Shown here: positions 1 to 13,439 of the stretch, in pieces
How the letters are laid out: the number at the start of each line of letters is the position of its first letter
Numbering within the stretch: position 1 is the first letter of the stretch
From: Monocercomonoides exilis PA203
Taxonomy: Eukaryota; Protista; Preaxostyla
Direction: 5' to 3'
Length of the DNA: 64,000 nt
NCBI GenBank assembly: GCA_001643675.2
Contig: LSRY02000052.1
Location: 434,001-498,000 of the forward strand
The notes under the pieces: generated by a model
Seen by the model: only the letters and a program-made list of their open reading frames with translations
The model's database searches: none
What the model was told of the DNA's origin: nothing
Position numbers and translations under genes: made by a program

Positions 1-3000
1 TATTCAAAAACATTGACTGAGGCCGGCTCTCTTCCGCTGGGGACAGCACTGCACCAATCGATGCTCAGCAAGCTGAATGTGAATGGGCTTAACTCGTTGG
101 ATGCGTCGTTGACGATTGCTGGTCTGTCCAAGGAAATAGCAAATAAATCGAAAAAATCGGAAGACTGGGACGAGCCCGTTACGCTTGAGAGAGCACGTTC
201 TGCGCTGACGGAGACATTCAACACTCAGCCGCTGTGGATTATGGACGAGCGCACATTCACAAGGCCTCAGTGTCGCATCCTTCCTGATCGCATCGAGGTT
301 GAAGGGTTCGTGCTTGTGCGGGACATGTCCAGCGGGATGATAAAATTGGACGATCGGCTGTTTTTGAGTGGAAGCACACGCGCTGAAAGATTGGAGCAGT
401 ATTCTTTTGCCAGAGCTCCGTATTATCGTGCTCGGATGGCGCTGCGGCTGAACCTGACAGTGGAAGAGATTACGACGGATGTAATTCAGGGGCTCAGAGA
501 AGTTGTGAAGACAGATAAGACACAGACAGACGAATTTGATCATCAGAATATTGCTATTCAGCTATGGACAAAGAACGAATTTGAAGACGAAGAAGAATTT
601 GAGGAGAAATTACTTGGAGGAAAAGTGCCCGAAAAGAAGGATAACTTGACGAAAGATGCTTCTGGAAGTTCCACTTTGAGAAGGGGAAAAGAAGGTTCTG
701 GGAAAGACAACGCCAAGTACAATGAAGAAATGTCGCTTGCGAAGCCTTACACAACCGAATACGAAAAGCAAAAGGAAAGGGCCGATTCAATTTTTCAACT
801 TATGAACACAAGGATTAGCGACATTGGAAAAGTTAGAAATGAACTCATGCATAGCAAAACTATTCATTCCAAAAATATAAAGGATTCTGATACCATGATA
901 AGATGTCTTGTTTGGCTCATTAAAAGTAAATTAAAGGAGAAATACATTGGAGATATCGGAAAAGTGTTGATGAGACTATTTTCCATTTTTACAAGTGTGC
1001 CAGAAATCACTCGCTATATTGTGGACAAAGGTTATCTCCAACAAGAAAACTTTGGATTCAGGTTCGACCAAGGAAAATGCTTCACGACTCTTTTCGCATC
1101 GATTGAAAACATTGTCGTTTCCAATCCGAACGAATTTGTGGATAGCCGCGAGCATATTTTGGAAGTGCTGAACCAATCGTACCACTCTGGGCTGAAGTAC
1201 AGCTATCTTGGGCGATGTTTGGAGTCATGTGCCTGTGCCTGCATCAAGACCCGCACCCACGCATTCACCGTAGCGTGTATGATGGGGCCTCAAGTCCTCG
1301 GTGCCTCGAGACATTTTCAGAAGAGTCTTATTGTCGGAGTACCAAAAGATCATCATGCTGCTGATTCTCAGAAATCTTCTAGTTCTCAGAATCATGATGA
1401 GTCCAAAGTTTCTGACAGAAAGCACCTCACTGAATCTCAAAAGCAAATATTCATGCTTTCATATTGCCTTGACCGCATTGAAGTGATCATTCCGAGTATT
1501 TTCGCATCGCTCCTCATGCTGAACCCGCTCTTTGTGGAGAAGAGAGGCAACGATAAAGAGTGCTATTTTGCAGCACATGATGAGGACTCTGCAGAGGAGT
1601 TGTATGGAATGCGCTGCAAAAAAGACGAGGCTGTTCCGCTGTGTACCAAATGGCTTTGGTGCATTCGAGTGATCAAAAACATACTCAGCCTGCTAACACA
1701 TCTCTGCTACGATTCCTGGGATGCGACACTTTTGTGCTGCACTTACAAGAGATTTCCGAATTTTCTGACTGTGGATGATCTCAAGTCGAAAAAGAAAGAA
1801 GGTCTCATCATAAAAGAGCAGAAAAAGAAATCCAGACATTCAAAAGGCAAATCACGTTCTAGAAAAGCACGGAAGCGCCGTGTAAAAGCCTCGCGATCAG
1901 GATCTGATTTAAGCGATGAAGAATATTTTCAGTCAGAGTCAGATGAAGGCTTTTCTGGTTCTGATTCCGAAGACGATGAAAGCAGTGATGACTCTGCTTC
2001 TATCTCTGATCCTTGCTGTTATTGCACTCCAAACTACTCTGCGATAAATAAACACCGAATGAAAACTGGCAAGAAAGGAAAAATTGTGCAAGGCTCAGTG
2101 AAGACCAATCCAGAAAACGAAAAAGAAATTAGTGAAAAGGAAAAGGAGTTAATGGGCTTGATCACTGAATATGAAAACTTCAAAAGAAGAAAGGAAAAAA
2201 GTATGACAAAAACGTTTGATTCGATATCGAACTATGCTGGGTTCGAAACAATTCAAATTCAGGGAAAGCAAAATGTTCTGGACTTTAGCATGGAAGGCCT
2301 TGGTAAAGTGATGTGTAGAATTCCAACTGCAAAGGATCTTCGCTTCAATGAACCGAAGTACATCACCGGTACGACCAATCCAGACGATGCACCGATTGTC
2401 CTGCACTTTATATTCTGCTGTCTTCTTTCGAAGATCGCGTCAGTCCGAAGAGCTGCGCTGGTTACGCTGATTTCGATGCTTAGTGTGCATAACAAGTCGG
2501 ATAGTCAGAACTTCGACTTGGTCATTACCCATATTCTGCGAGGGATGTCTGATGCGAAAATACCGTTTGCTCTGCGCTCGATGATCCAGCTGTTTGCGTC
2601 AACCGACAATTCGCCGTTGGATCCAAACAATTCGCGTGAGAAGAAGCTTCAGTCTGGTTCAAGAGCCATTGGGAAAGACCTCACAACAAATCTGGAGTCA
2701 TGTCTAGAGCGCTCTCAGACAGCTGTTCTTTGCATGGATCTGGTCGAGTCCTTTGTGCGCCTCTCGTTCGAGGCAAATGTCGACAAAGATCTCAGAAACA
2801 AGCTGGTCGGTGAACAGCTGCCAACAGCGTATGTCATTCACTGGGTGTCTCGATATGTTACTTGTGAGAATGTGGATGTCCTGGCTGTTCTGGTGCTGAT
2901 GGCCGATGAAAGTGTCATAAAAGTACTTATGAGGACGCATGTGCCATTTGTACTGCTTGAGGCAAGGCGTTCAGCAAGAAGGAAAATTGTATGCTTCTTT

Positions 3001-3342
3001 TTTTGTAATATTGTTGATCAGTTATACATTGTTTTATCTGTATTTATTTTTTTCAAATTAATTCCAACTTTTTGTTTGTGGATATTATCTTCATATATTT
3101 CCTTTTTCATTATCTTTGCAATGTTAATAAATATTTCTTATCTGATTATTTAGGCAATTGAAGCATTGTTACGAATGGTCAATACACAGAAGAATGAAAG
3201 CAAACCCTACAAATGGCAAAACACCGCTCTCAGAATTCTCCTCCCCTATTTATATGACTCTACCATTTGTGATGAGATCATTAAATGTTATCGTGACAAA
3301 AATGATTTTTTGGATTTGATGGAAAAATATACATTAAATTAA
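1..3342 (+). CDS. Large hypothetical protein, 5'-truncated by the window; possibly a helical-repeat (ARM/HEAT-like) protein; last intron at 2989-3153
   Basis: Frame is open from base 1. The 1046-aa ORF turns into AT-rich intron-like sequence after ...RRKI. A GTATGC donor at 2989 and TTTAG acceptor at 3153 splice in frame to AIEALLRMV...KYTLN, ending TAA at 3342. The fold suggestion comes only from amphipathic helical segments. Confidence 0.75.
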
Positions 3343-5787
3343 GATCGATAGTTGTGAAAATACTGAAAATGAAGCTGTTTATGATGATGTAAAAATTAAA
3401 CAAATGGCAACATCAGGCTATTTCTCGAATCAAGCTTTTTATCCGTTTTATTTTATTTTGATGTGAATTTTTTATTTTTCTCCAATTTTTACGGATATTG
3501 GATACATCAAAATTGAGTCATAGTATTAAGTTTGGTACTACTGACTTTCTGATAATTCTTATGTGACTCATCTTTGTATAAACTTTTATATTTCATTTAA
3601 TTCATTTGTAATTAATCTTTTTTTTTAATCATTTTTCTTATCATTACGTCAGCGTTATTTATTTTTCATTTTCAACTGACAAACTTGTTTGCCAACTTGA
3701 CTCTATACTCAAAGTTTTATCACTATTCAAATGTTATGTTGATTCGTTTTCGAACCATTGAAAGACTTTCTTTTTAAATTCTGTTTATCAAAATTCTTCT
3801 AATTATTCTGTTTTGTTTCTTACTTTTGTAGGCTTATGAGCTGTTAACAAATAATTTGCTGATATTGCTCAACATTTCACAAATCCTCCAAATTATACAA
3901 TCTTATCCATCTGGATAAGAAAGTTCGTATTTTATTTGATATGCTTTTGTTGACTCACGCTTATATTCCTTGGGGAATTACTGTTATTTCATATTGAAAT
4001 ATTCCCAATAGAGGTGCTCGCTTATTCGATTTATTTTGTGAAACTGCTTAATTTTTATTTTTTTGAGTCTTGTGAGTTTCTTTGAAAACTTTTTGTTTTC
4101 AAATATGTTTCCTTCATTTTTTAATTTGTTTTGCAATGGTTCAAAAGTTTCAACTTTTTTTTATCAAGATTTTTGAATTTTCTTTTAATGATTTTATGTC
4201 TCATCCGAAAACATAATCTCTTTTTATCATTTCACATTCATTAAAAAATCGTTGTATGTATTTTTAAGCACATCAGGTTAAAATGCAAAAAAGAGACCCG
4301 AAAATGTCATAACAAAATTCTGAGAAAATTTAGAGACCGCTCCAATAATATTGAACCAAAGAAAGTTGATCTGAGAAACAACTCTAACAATGGAACAATA
4401 GACAGTGGAGAAAAAAGTTAAAAATCAAAATCCAGTATTATAACATTTCTTTCAAACAACAAGAAGAACGACGCTTGAATGATCACTTTTGATTATTAAT
4501 TTCACAATTTTTTTCCTTATAAAAAAATGGACGTTTTCGCAACAATTGGAAAACAAAAAGATTTAAGCACAATATGTTATTTCATCAGCAATAACAAATG
4601 TCGATTTGATAACAGGTAGTGTCTTGTATATAAACCAAAGTCATAATAAAGACAAAATAAATGAAAAAGTATTTGACTTGTGTTGTGATTACAATACAAA
4701 ATATAAAAATGTTAAAAATATTCATTTTTTCATGCGCAAACTCAACATTCACAAAACCATACATACATGTGAAAACAAGTTAAAAAAACAAAAAGGTTTG
4801 AGATTTAAACGGCATAGTGAATATATCAAGAGATAAAGATCAAAATCTTTAAGAAAAAATTAAAAAATAGTTGAAATGCGAGAATATTTCAGACAACAAA
4901 AATGTTAAACAGAATTCATTTGTGTTTCTGCTTTGAAGCGAAACACTAAAATAAAAACAAAATAACCTCATTTTATTTGTTTCCGAATTCCCCATATGTA
5001 TGGTTGTTTCAGGTGTGAAAACAATGATATTCAAAAACGTTTGTTCACTGCATGAAGCATCTCATATAACCTTCTATTTATTTGAAATTCATCCAGTGCT
5101 GTTCTTCTTAAAATGATTTTCCATTGTTGTTTTGCCTATCGGATCATGTGAAAAATGCCTTCTCTTTTGATGTTTCAGCATATGTTGAGTATGCCCAACA
5201 AAACTACCTCTTTTATTGAATGAATCGGTCGAAACAATCAACAATTATTTGGAATCTGTTTCTCTTTTCATTTAAGTTTCATAGCTAATCTGCTCCAAAG
5301 AAATGAATTGGTTAATTAAAGCCTTTTCATTTTCTTTTTCATCTTTCATGCATTTTACTCAAATCTCTTTGCTTTTTCCAGATATGTGTATTTTGTTGTC
5401 TATTTGGCTCCTTTGAGCCAAAACGTACACCAAACAATCCGTTCAACTCACTTTGCACATTATCAATTCACAACCTTCTCTTCTTTAAATCACTTTGTTT
5501 TCAAAAACGCACACACAATTGTTATTCTTTTGTTCCAGTCGAATTTTCACTTTATTTCTCTCAATTAAAATCAAACAGCAGCTGCTTTTCTGTCAACTAA
5601 CACTTTCTTCCTTCCAAAAGTCAGTCGCGTTCCAGTCTTTTCCCTCAAACTCTTAACTCAATTTCATCTCTCTGCCTTTGCTCATTCATTCCTTTCTCAA
5701 GCTCCTTTCAAAGCAAAAGCAATCCAAATAGACTCTCCATCAAAATGCACCTTCTGGACCATATGCACCAGCACTCTCTCCGATGAT

Positions 5788-7978
5788 CTATTCATCTTCA
5801 AATTCGCTGTTCAGTTGAGGTGGTGTCGGCAGATCGACATCCAACGCATCGTCCAAAGGAAAATCTGGTGGATCATCTGGCGGTGGTGGAAGGTCCTCAA
5901 AATCATCAGCGCCCAACTGCTCCTCTGACTCTTCTGTCGGTGTGGGAGGAGCATCATCATCAGGAGCAGCCCAAAATACAGCGTTTTCATTTGTATTCTC
6001 ATCAGCTTCATCATCAGACACATCATCAGCCACATCCATCTCGTCTGGTGGAGCTTCCAGCGGTGCTTCTGGAAGGTCATCCAAAAGCACATCTCCGCTC
6101 CCCATTGCCAGCAGCTCCTCTTCTGGCAGTGGCAGTGGCGGTGTGTCTGGCACCGAAGACAAGTTCGACAGAAGCGAAGGCGGATCAGGCAGATCTTCGC
6201 TGATTTCTTCTCCGTCTTCTTCGCTTCTCCTCTCTTCAACCGCATCTGGCGCCTCTCCCAGCTCGCCAGACTCGCCAAACCTTTCCAGCTCTTCCGTTTC
6301 GCTTTCAAACTCATCAACGTCAATGTGTTGCTTGCTCTCAGTCTTTTGATGTTGCTCCTCTTCCTCTTCCTCCTCCTCCTCCTCCTTCTCTTCTTCTTCC
6401 TTCTCTTCTTTTTCTTTTTCTTCTTCCTCTCTCTCCTCTTCCTCTTCCTCTTCCTCCTTCTTCACCTTCTTCTTCTCCTCCTCCTCCTCCTCTTCTTCTT
6501 CCTCTTCCTCTTCCTCTTCCTCTTCCTCCTCTTTCTCCTCTTCTTCTTTCTCTTTTTCCTTCTGCACCTTCTCCTTCTCCTTCTCCTCCTCTTTTTCCTT
6601 CTTCATCTTCTTCACCTTCTTCTTGTCATCCTCCTCCTCTTCTTCTTCCTCTTCCTCCTCCTCTTCTTCTTCGGGTGCACTTTCATTCAAAAGAGGAGCT
6701 GGTAATGATGGTGACAGCGGAATTGTCTTTTTGTGTTCTGAAAGAGAGTCTGTTTGAGAACTAGTTTTGTTATTCAACAGCTTGTCCCTCTGTGACATTG
6801 CCTTTCTTTTCTCTTCTGTCTGCCCATCTGTTTCTGAGTCAGTGTGTTCGCTTGATTCATCATCTGATTCCGATTCTTCTTTTTCTTCTGCTTTTTCTTT
6901 ATCTTTCTTATCTTTGCTTTCCTCTTCCTCTTCTTCCTCTTCCTCTTCATCATCATCATCATCTTCTTCTTCTTCTTCTTCCTTCACTTTTTTACTTTTT
7001 TCTTCACTTTTTTCTTCTTCTTCAACTCCATCTTCTTCATTCATCTCATTGGAATCAGCATTCGTTATTAGCTCTCTTGTATCTGGTGGTGTCTCATCAG
7101 TTGAATTGTCTTCGTCTTCATCCAAAAGCGCATGAGCATTGCTTGTTTCAGCCATTTTGGCGCTTTTTTCTTTAGAAGCTTCCTTTTTGGGGTTGATGAC
7201 TGCTTCTGCAGCTGCCTGCAGAAATCCATTCGGCGAAGAAAACATGGGCAAAGAGAAAGGAGAAAAAACGTTATTGGCATCAGATGCATCTAAAGAAGAA
7301 GAAGAAGAAGAAGAAGAAGAAGAAGAAGAAGAAGAAGAAGAAAATGATGTTGAGGACGATGAAGATGAGGAAGAGGAAAAAGAGGTGGAAGAAAATGAAA
7401 TGAAAGTTGAGGAAGATTCGCTTGAAGAAGAAGAAGTTGGTAGTTCTGAAACAGTAACTGAAACAGAAGAAGAAGCAGAAGGAGAAGGAGAAGTGGAAGT
7501 GGGAGTTGGAGTGGAAGAGGAAGCAGAAGATGATGAAGCAGATCCATCTTGTCCATCAGCCTTTGCTTCATTTGCACGTGCAAGTGCTTCTTCTTCCATT
7601 TTTCTTATTCTTTCTCTTTCTCTTTCTCTTTCTGCCTCTTCGTCGTATTCTGAGGACTCATCTGACATCTCGTAATCATCACCTTCACCATATTCATCTT
7701 CGCCTTCGCCTTCGTCTTCGTCTTCGTCTCCATACACAACAATATCTCCATCGTCATTGTATTCGCCTTCTTCCTCTCCTTCTCCTCCTTCTCCTCCTTC
7801 TTCTCCTTCTTCTCCTTCTTTCTTTTCTTTCTTTTCTTCTCTGTCTTCTCTATCTTTCTGTATTCTTTCCATTTGCGCCCCTTCTCCTTCCTCTTCTTCT
7901 GCTGGGACAAACAGCCTGGGCGAGCTCACTCGCTCTTCTGAACCCATCTCAGCTGAAGTTGAGGGTTCCAAAGAAGAA

Positions 7979-8009
<31 letters not shown>

Positions 8010-8056
8010 AAGAAGAAGAAGAAGAAGAAGAAGAAGAAGAAGAAGAAGAAGAAGAA

Positions 8057-8089
<33 letters not shown>

Positions 8090-11000
8090 AATGATTCACC
8101 TTTCTCTGCTTTTATCTGCCTAATCGAAGGAACACGCGTTTGATTGTCGCTCTGCTCAGATTGAGGCTCAGAAGAAAGAACAGGAACAGAAGCAGCACCA
8201 GCTGCTGTGGCTGGAGTGTTGGCAGAGAAGTTCTCTTTCGCCTCCATGCTGTTCAGAAGCGTGTCTTTCCCGTCTGCTTGCGAGCTGGCCAGCTGCTTCG
8301 CCTTTGCGCGTGCTCTTCTCTTGGCCTTTTCTGAGGCCTCTTTCAGCATCTCCTCCATCTCCTTCGGGTGCAGCGACCGGACGATGTCTTCTGTCTTCTT
8401 AAAATCTGCTGCAAAAACAGCAGGCGGTAGGCCCATCGCAATCCGCAGCGCGTTTTCTGCCCGCTGTTTTGCTGTCAGCTTCGGCTTTTTAGTCAGTTTT
8501 GGCAATTTCATCTTGCCAATGTGCGGCGCTTTGGGGCCACATATCAATTCTTCAATGCTGATATCCTTCCTTTCTTTCTTTGCATTGTTCCTTTTGAGCG
8601 CTTTCTCTTTCCTCCGCCTCTTCATCCTCCTTTCGTATTCTGAGTCGCTTTCATCCGATCGCTGGTCATCTGCCGAGGAATACACAGAATAATCATCTGA
8701 TTCGATGCTGCTGCTGCTCTCTTCTTCCTCTTCTTCTCCCGCTCCTTCTCCTTTAACAGTTTTTCTCTTCTTTTTGCTTTCTTTTCCGCTCCCTTCGTTT
8801 TCATCCTCTTCATTCTCCCCTTCATCCTCTTTAAGATCGTTTTCTTCTTTCCTCACTTTCATCCGTTTCAAAGTGCCCAAAAGCTTCGTCAATTCAGATT
8901 GATCGCGTTGAAACGACTGATCAATTCGTTCTTTCGCATCTTCTGTAATCTGAGTGGGATCTCTCCAATTGACACAGCTTTTCCCCAAATAGCGTCTGAA
9001 CGAAAGAGGCAAATTCAGCTTGGCCATCTTCCGGAAAAGAGCTTCCACAGTCAACTCGCTCGCGTGGAGCTTGCTGGAAAGAGGGGTCCTGTCAAAAAAG
9101 AAAAGAAAAAGAAAGATAGAAAGAAAAAATAAATAAAATAAATAAAATAATTAGAAACATTGGATTTTTGAAATAAACAAATGACACTCAAAAATTATTA
9201 AATAAAGTCCAACTTACTCGAAAAACACAAAACAAAGATTTTTTTTTTTCCTTTTCCTCTTTCTTTTTCAAGTGAAAAAAAAGTTTGTTGAAATTTTTAT
9301 GATTTTTCGTCATTTCTTTTGCACACTCTTCAAAGCGAATGACTGCATTTGGCACTTTTTTCTTAAACAGTGCTGGAAGAACCACAAAAGGATTCTTCGA
9401 AACGTCAATGAACTTCAAATCAGTGCACTCAGCCAAAAGGCTTGGAAGAGTTGTTATAAGATTGTCTCTGACTATCAAACGCTGAATCTTCTTCCATTTG
9501 CCTTTGATAGCATTTTTTATATTCAATCAAAAAATAAATTCATTAAAATAAAAAAGAAAAAAAAAAACACAGCCACAAAAGATAAGCTTTGCAATCAATA
9601 ATAATCAACATTGCATACTGATATCTACTGGGAGCATCAAAATCTTGTTCCCTGAAAAGTCGCATTCAACGAGATTCTTAAGATCGGGGAGTTTTGTGTT
9701 AATGAAGAACGAGATAGTATTGTAAGACATGTCTAAATATTCCAGCTTGCCCAAACGAGCCAAATTGACTGGCACGTTTGTGAATTTATTCTTTGACAGC
9801 TTCAAAGCTTTGATGTCTTCGAATTTGAGAATATCCTTCGGAATTTCTTTCAGCTGGTTATCAGAAAAATCATAATATTCCAGTGTTTTCCAGTTTTCTG
9901 ATTCTATGTCAAATTTTGCGACAGAGTTGCTGGCATACGAAACATGACTCTTTTCATTCTTGTAATGCCATTCCTTATGTGAAGCAATTTCCAACATGTT
10001 GTATTCTAAATCGCAGAATTTCAGAGAAGATGATTCAAAAAGATTCGGACTGAGCTTAAATTTGTTTCCAGAAAGCGACAAAACATAAAGTTTTGTAAAG
10101 TTATTGATGAAATCTGCATCTATCTTTTCAATTGAATTACCAGCTAGCGAAAGAATACACAAATATTTCAGGTTGTAAAGAGATTTTGGTACCTGCACAT
10201 AAATGTTTTCGAAATAAGAGAAAGCATTAAGGCATTAAAACTTAAAACTTTTGCATCACAAATAAATAAACACATTCGACAAGCCAAAAGAAAAATACAA
10301 AAAATATTCCTTAGTTTTCATTGCATACTTTTTTGAACTTGTTCATCGATAAATCGAGCTCTTCTAAATTGGTTGGGGTATTTACTTCAAAAAGGTTATC
10401 ATCGTTGATGAGATTGTTTGACAGATCAAGTGAAATTAGCAACGGTGGAAGAGGAAAGTCGAAGAACTGAAAGAAGTTAGAGGAAAGACTGGAGAAATAC
10501 GTTATAAAAGCATTGTGAGTAATAAATAAATAAATAAATGTTAAAAAATAAAAATAATAAGAAAATGCTTTTGAATATTTATTTAAAAAACAATTTCAAA
10601 ACAATCATTTTTATTTATTCATCACTCTCTTTGAGAAATACACACATCAATCTTCTGAGGGATGAAAGCTTTTCCAATGAGTTTCCCACTGTGGTTAGTC
10701 CGTTGTGGGATAGATTCAGATAAAATAGATGGTTGTATTTGATCATTTCCTCCGGTTGTGGAAGAATGGTGATAGCATTGAACGACAGATCCAGCTCTGT
10801 GCAAAGAGCAGATGGATTAAAATAATTGGCAGGTGTTCCGTCATGTGAAGAATCACGTGAATGTTTATGAGATTGCTTCGAGTGGTGATGCCAAGCATCT
10901 CCTTCTTCATGTGCATCAGAAGAAGAATTCGCAATGGAATCGGGGTCAACTTCAGTATCAGAATGCTCTGACAATAAATCTTGTTCGTCTTCATCATCTT

Positions 11001-12385
11001 CTTCCTCCTCATTATCCTCCATAGACACTCCGATTAACTTTCCCGTATCTTCGATTCGATCAATCTCCTCTTCAATCCATGTTTTTCCTTTCATTTCATC
11101 AAACGAACCGTTGGCTGGATGAATTTCGTTTCGTTGTTTCTCATAAAATTTTCTGTGCCTTTTAAATGTACGTCGAACAAAACATCTCAGATCCCATATT
11201 GCTTCTTTATTAAGAAGCGGATGAATCGGCAGTAAATGAGGCGGAGGAAGAAAAACGATGCCCTTAAATCTGAGGTCTAACCGTTGAGGCTTCATTGGGA
11301 TCATTTGGTTATGCTCAATTTCCGTATTTGTTGTGTCATTTGCTGCAAATGCATCTGAAAAAAAACTCTTCTTTGAATTTTCAACTGAGTGAACGTGAGC
11401 AACGCGAGCTATTTGCTTTAAAAGTCCCAATATGTACCATTCTTTGTCATCCACTTTTTCAAGGAAAGGATAATCTCTATATAATGTTTGCCTTTCTATC
11501 TTTTGTGTACTCAGTTCATCCAATGAGCTGCCTTCTGATGTTGCCTCCAAAACAAACTTTGCAAATGATGATCGTTTTTCACATTCTTCACCAATCCTTT
11601 TTGACCTTTTTCCTATCGTTCGTGTTGTTAATTTCCTAAATTCCTCTGTGAAATAATCTTTTGCACACCAGTCGTCCAGAAATAAATCAGGAATGTCTAC
11701 AGGAAATACAGGATAGAACAAGACATCCACAGCGTTAATTTCTTGACGGATAACTTCAATGTCATATAGAAGAACTGGGCACAATACAGGCTCCTCGAGA
11801 CATCCATAAGTTACATGATCATTATCATGCCTTGAAAATACAATTCCCTTGTGAAGTTTTGTTGATAATATCCCAGATTTGGGAAGAATATATTGCTCCC
11901 AACAGTGATTTAGAGTTTCTTTTTCGTGCCACACTTGTGAATCAAGCCCCAGCATCACAATTGGTAATTCAGAATGTTCAATTTCATGTGCAATCTAAAC
12001 GAAAAACATATATTGATGAATAGAACGTCACTCAAAAATAAATTTTGTAGCAAACGGGTATCAAAGAAAAAAGGCTGTTTTTATCTCGAAGGCTGAATGC
12101 TAAAATTGCAACGTCCGGTGGTGCCATTGAGCCATCATTCTCCTTAATATTTTCCAAATCTTGCAAGGAATTTTTAATATGTATTATCTCATATGGAATC
12201 GAAAATATGCAAAGCTTCAACATACTGTTAATAGCAAAAAAATCTAACACAATTTTGTCATCTCCAAGAACCACAGTTCTTGGAAAAACTTCTTGCGCAA
12301 GTATACGAACAACTTCAGCGATATCTATCATTGCCCCAGCCATAACATAGCAGGAATACCGTTTGGTACGTTTGGTTCCATCCAT
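5788..12385 (-). CDS. Six-exon gene: N-terminal degenerate Rho/Ras-like domain, leucine-rich repeats, and a long Glu/Ser-rich tail with an acidic/Pro-rich C-terminus
   Basis: The ORF pieces join in frame through GT-AG introns: 12055-11995 (LIP|IAHE), ~10645-10489, ~10328-10193, ~9618-9503 and 9326-9089 (RFEE|TPLSS). LRR units include ELDLSFNAI, YLNLSHNGL, SLDLSNNLI, ELDLSMNKF, ILSLAGNSI and YLDMSYNTI. The last splice junction is the least certain. Confidence 0.72.
7972..8089. repeat. (GAA)n/(GAT)n trinucleotide tract encoding poly-Ser on the minus strand
   Basis: Directly visible. A shorter tract of the same type lies at ~7293-7341. Confidence 0.95.
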
Positions 12386-13045
12386 TTAAAATTTTTTAAA
12401 AAAGGCAATTACCACAATATTTTCCATTTTCAAGTAATACTTACCAACTTTTTTTTTTTGAGATTGATTTTTATTTTTTTTTTTCAATAAATTCAAATTT
12501 CAAAAGAAGAGAAAGGAAGAAAGTGTTAACTGATGCAGTGATATTGTGCAATAAGAATTTCAATCCTCTCTTTTAGTTGAAATAATCTTGCTTCATCTAT
12601 TTATTTCACTCCAACTGGATCATAAAAATTTTGCAGAAAATTGAAACGTCAAGGTTTTTCTTGAATGTCTGTTAATATATATATTTATTTTTCAATTTTT
12701 AATATTGTTCTGGCTCAGTCAATATTACATTATCATTCTCAAAAATAATTTTTTTTAAAAATTATTTCAAATGAAAATAGATAAAGAAGTTGACATCTAA
12801 AAAATCGTCTTTTACAAAAAATCAGCAAAGAGAGATCATACGGCCAGCAATGATTTTTTTCTTGAAAATACCCAAAACTGCATCGAAACCGAGCTTAACG
12901 TACTCATTAATTAAGGTCAATTTGAAAATTCTTTTCGAAAATTTAAGTATTTTCCAACATTATCAATCTTTCAGAGATAAAAATCTTTTATCAAGCCCAT
13001 CATTTTTTTTGATCATGTTTTCTGTAAGGTTTTTTTTTCCCACAT

Positions 13046-13299
13046 GGGTGATTATTTTTGAAATCATAACTTATTTCGTTGTCTTGATTGTTCAAGGTTG
13101 TTTGTCATTGGGAAGAGATTTTTGATACAAATGCTGAATTCATCACGACTGTTTCAAAAACAAATGATTGAGCTGATATAAAGACGATGATCTCTTGAAT
13201 AAACCTGTTCTCTTTTCAGTGTTCATTTTCTAATATTCAAGGTAGTTATTTGAATCGAAAATTTTGAATGAAAAAATATGATTTCATAAATAATCACCC
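13046..13299. mobile_element. MITE-like element, 254 bp, with 23-bp TIRs and a 4-bp ACAT target-site duplication
   Basis: The left end GGGTGATTATTTTTGAAATCATA matches the reverse complement of the right end, GGGTGATTATTTATGAAATCATA, with 1 mismatch. ACAT flanks both ends (13042-13045 and 13300-13303). Confidence 0.65.
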
Positions 13300-13439
13300 A
13301 CATTGACTAATTTAAACAAGAGAACTAAATGAATTAGGGTTAACGCTTAAAGAAATTTCTTTTCAATTTCATTTCATGAAGATATTTGGGCTTGAATATG
13401 AAGATAAAATTTCTTCATAATTCAAAAATTGTAAAAATA

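Noticed and set aside
3343-5787. Short AT-rich ORFs and coding-like patches, also at 19600-21700 and 51900-53400
   Set aside because: Frequent stops, no recognisable motifs, and no consistent splice model.
5811-8902. Many overlapping poly-Leu/Lys/Glu/Ser ORFs here, at 46000-51600 and at 54000-58700
   Set aside because: These are shadow frames of trinucleotide low-complexity tracts inside longer genes.
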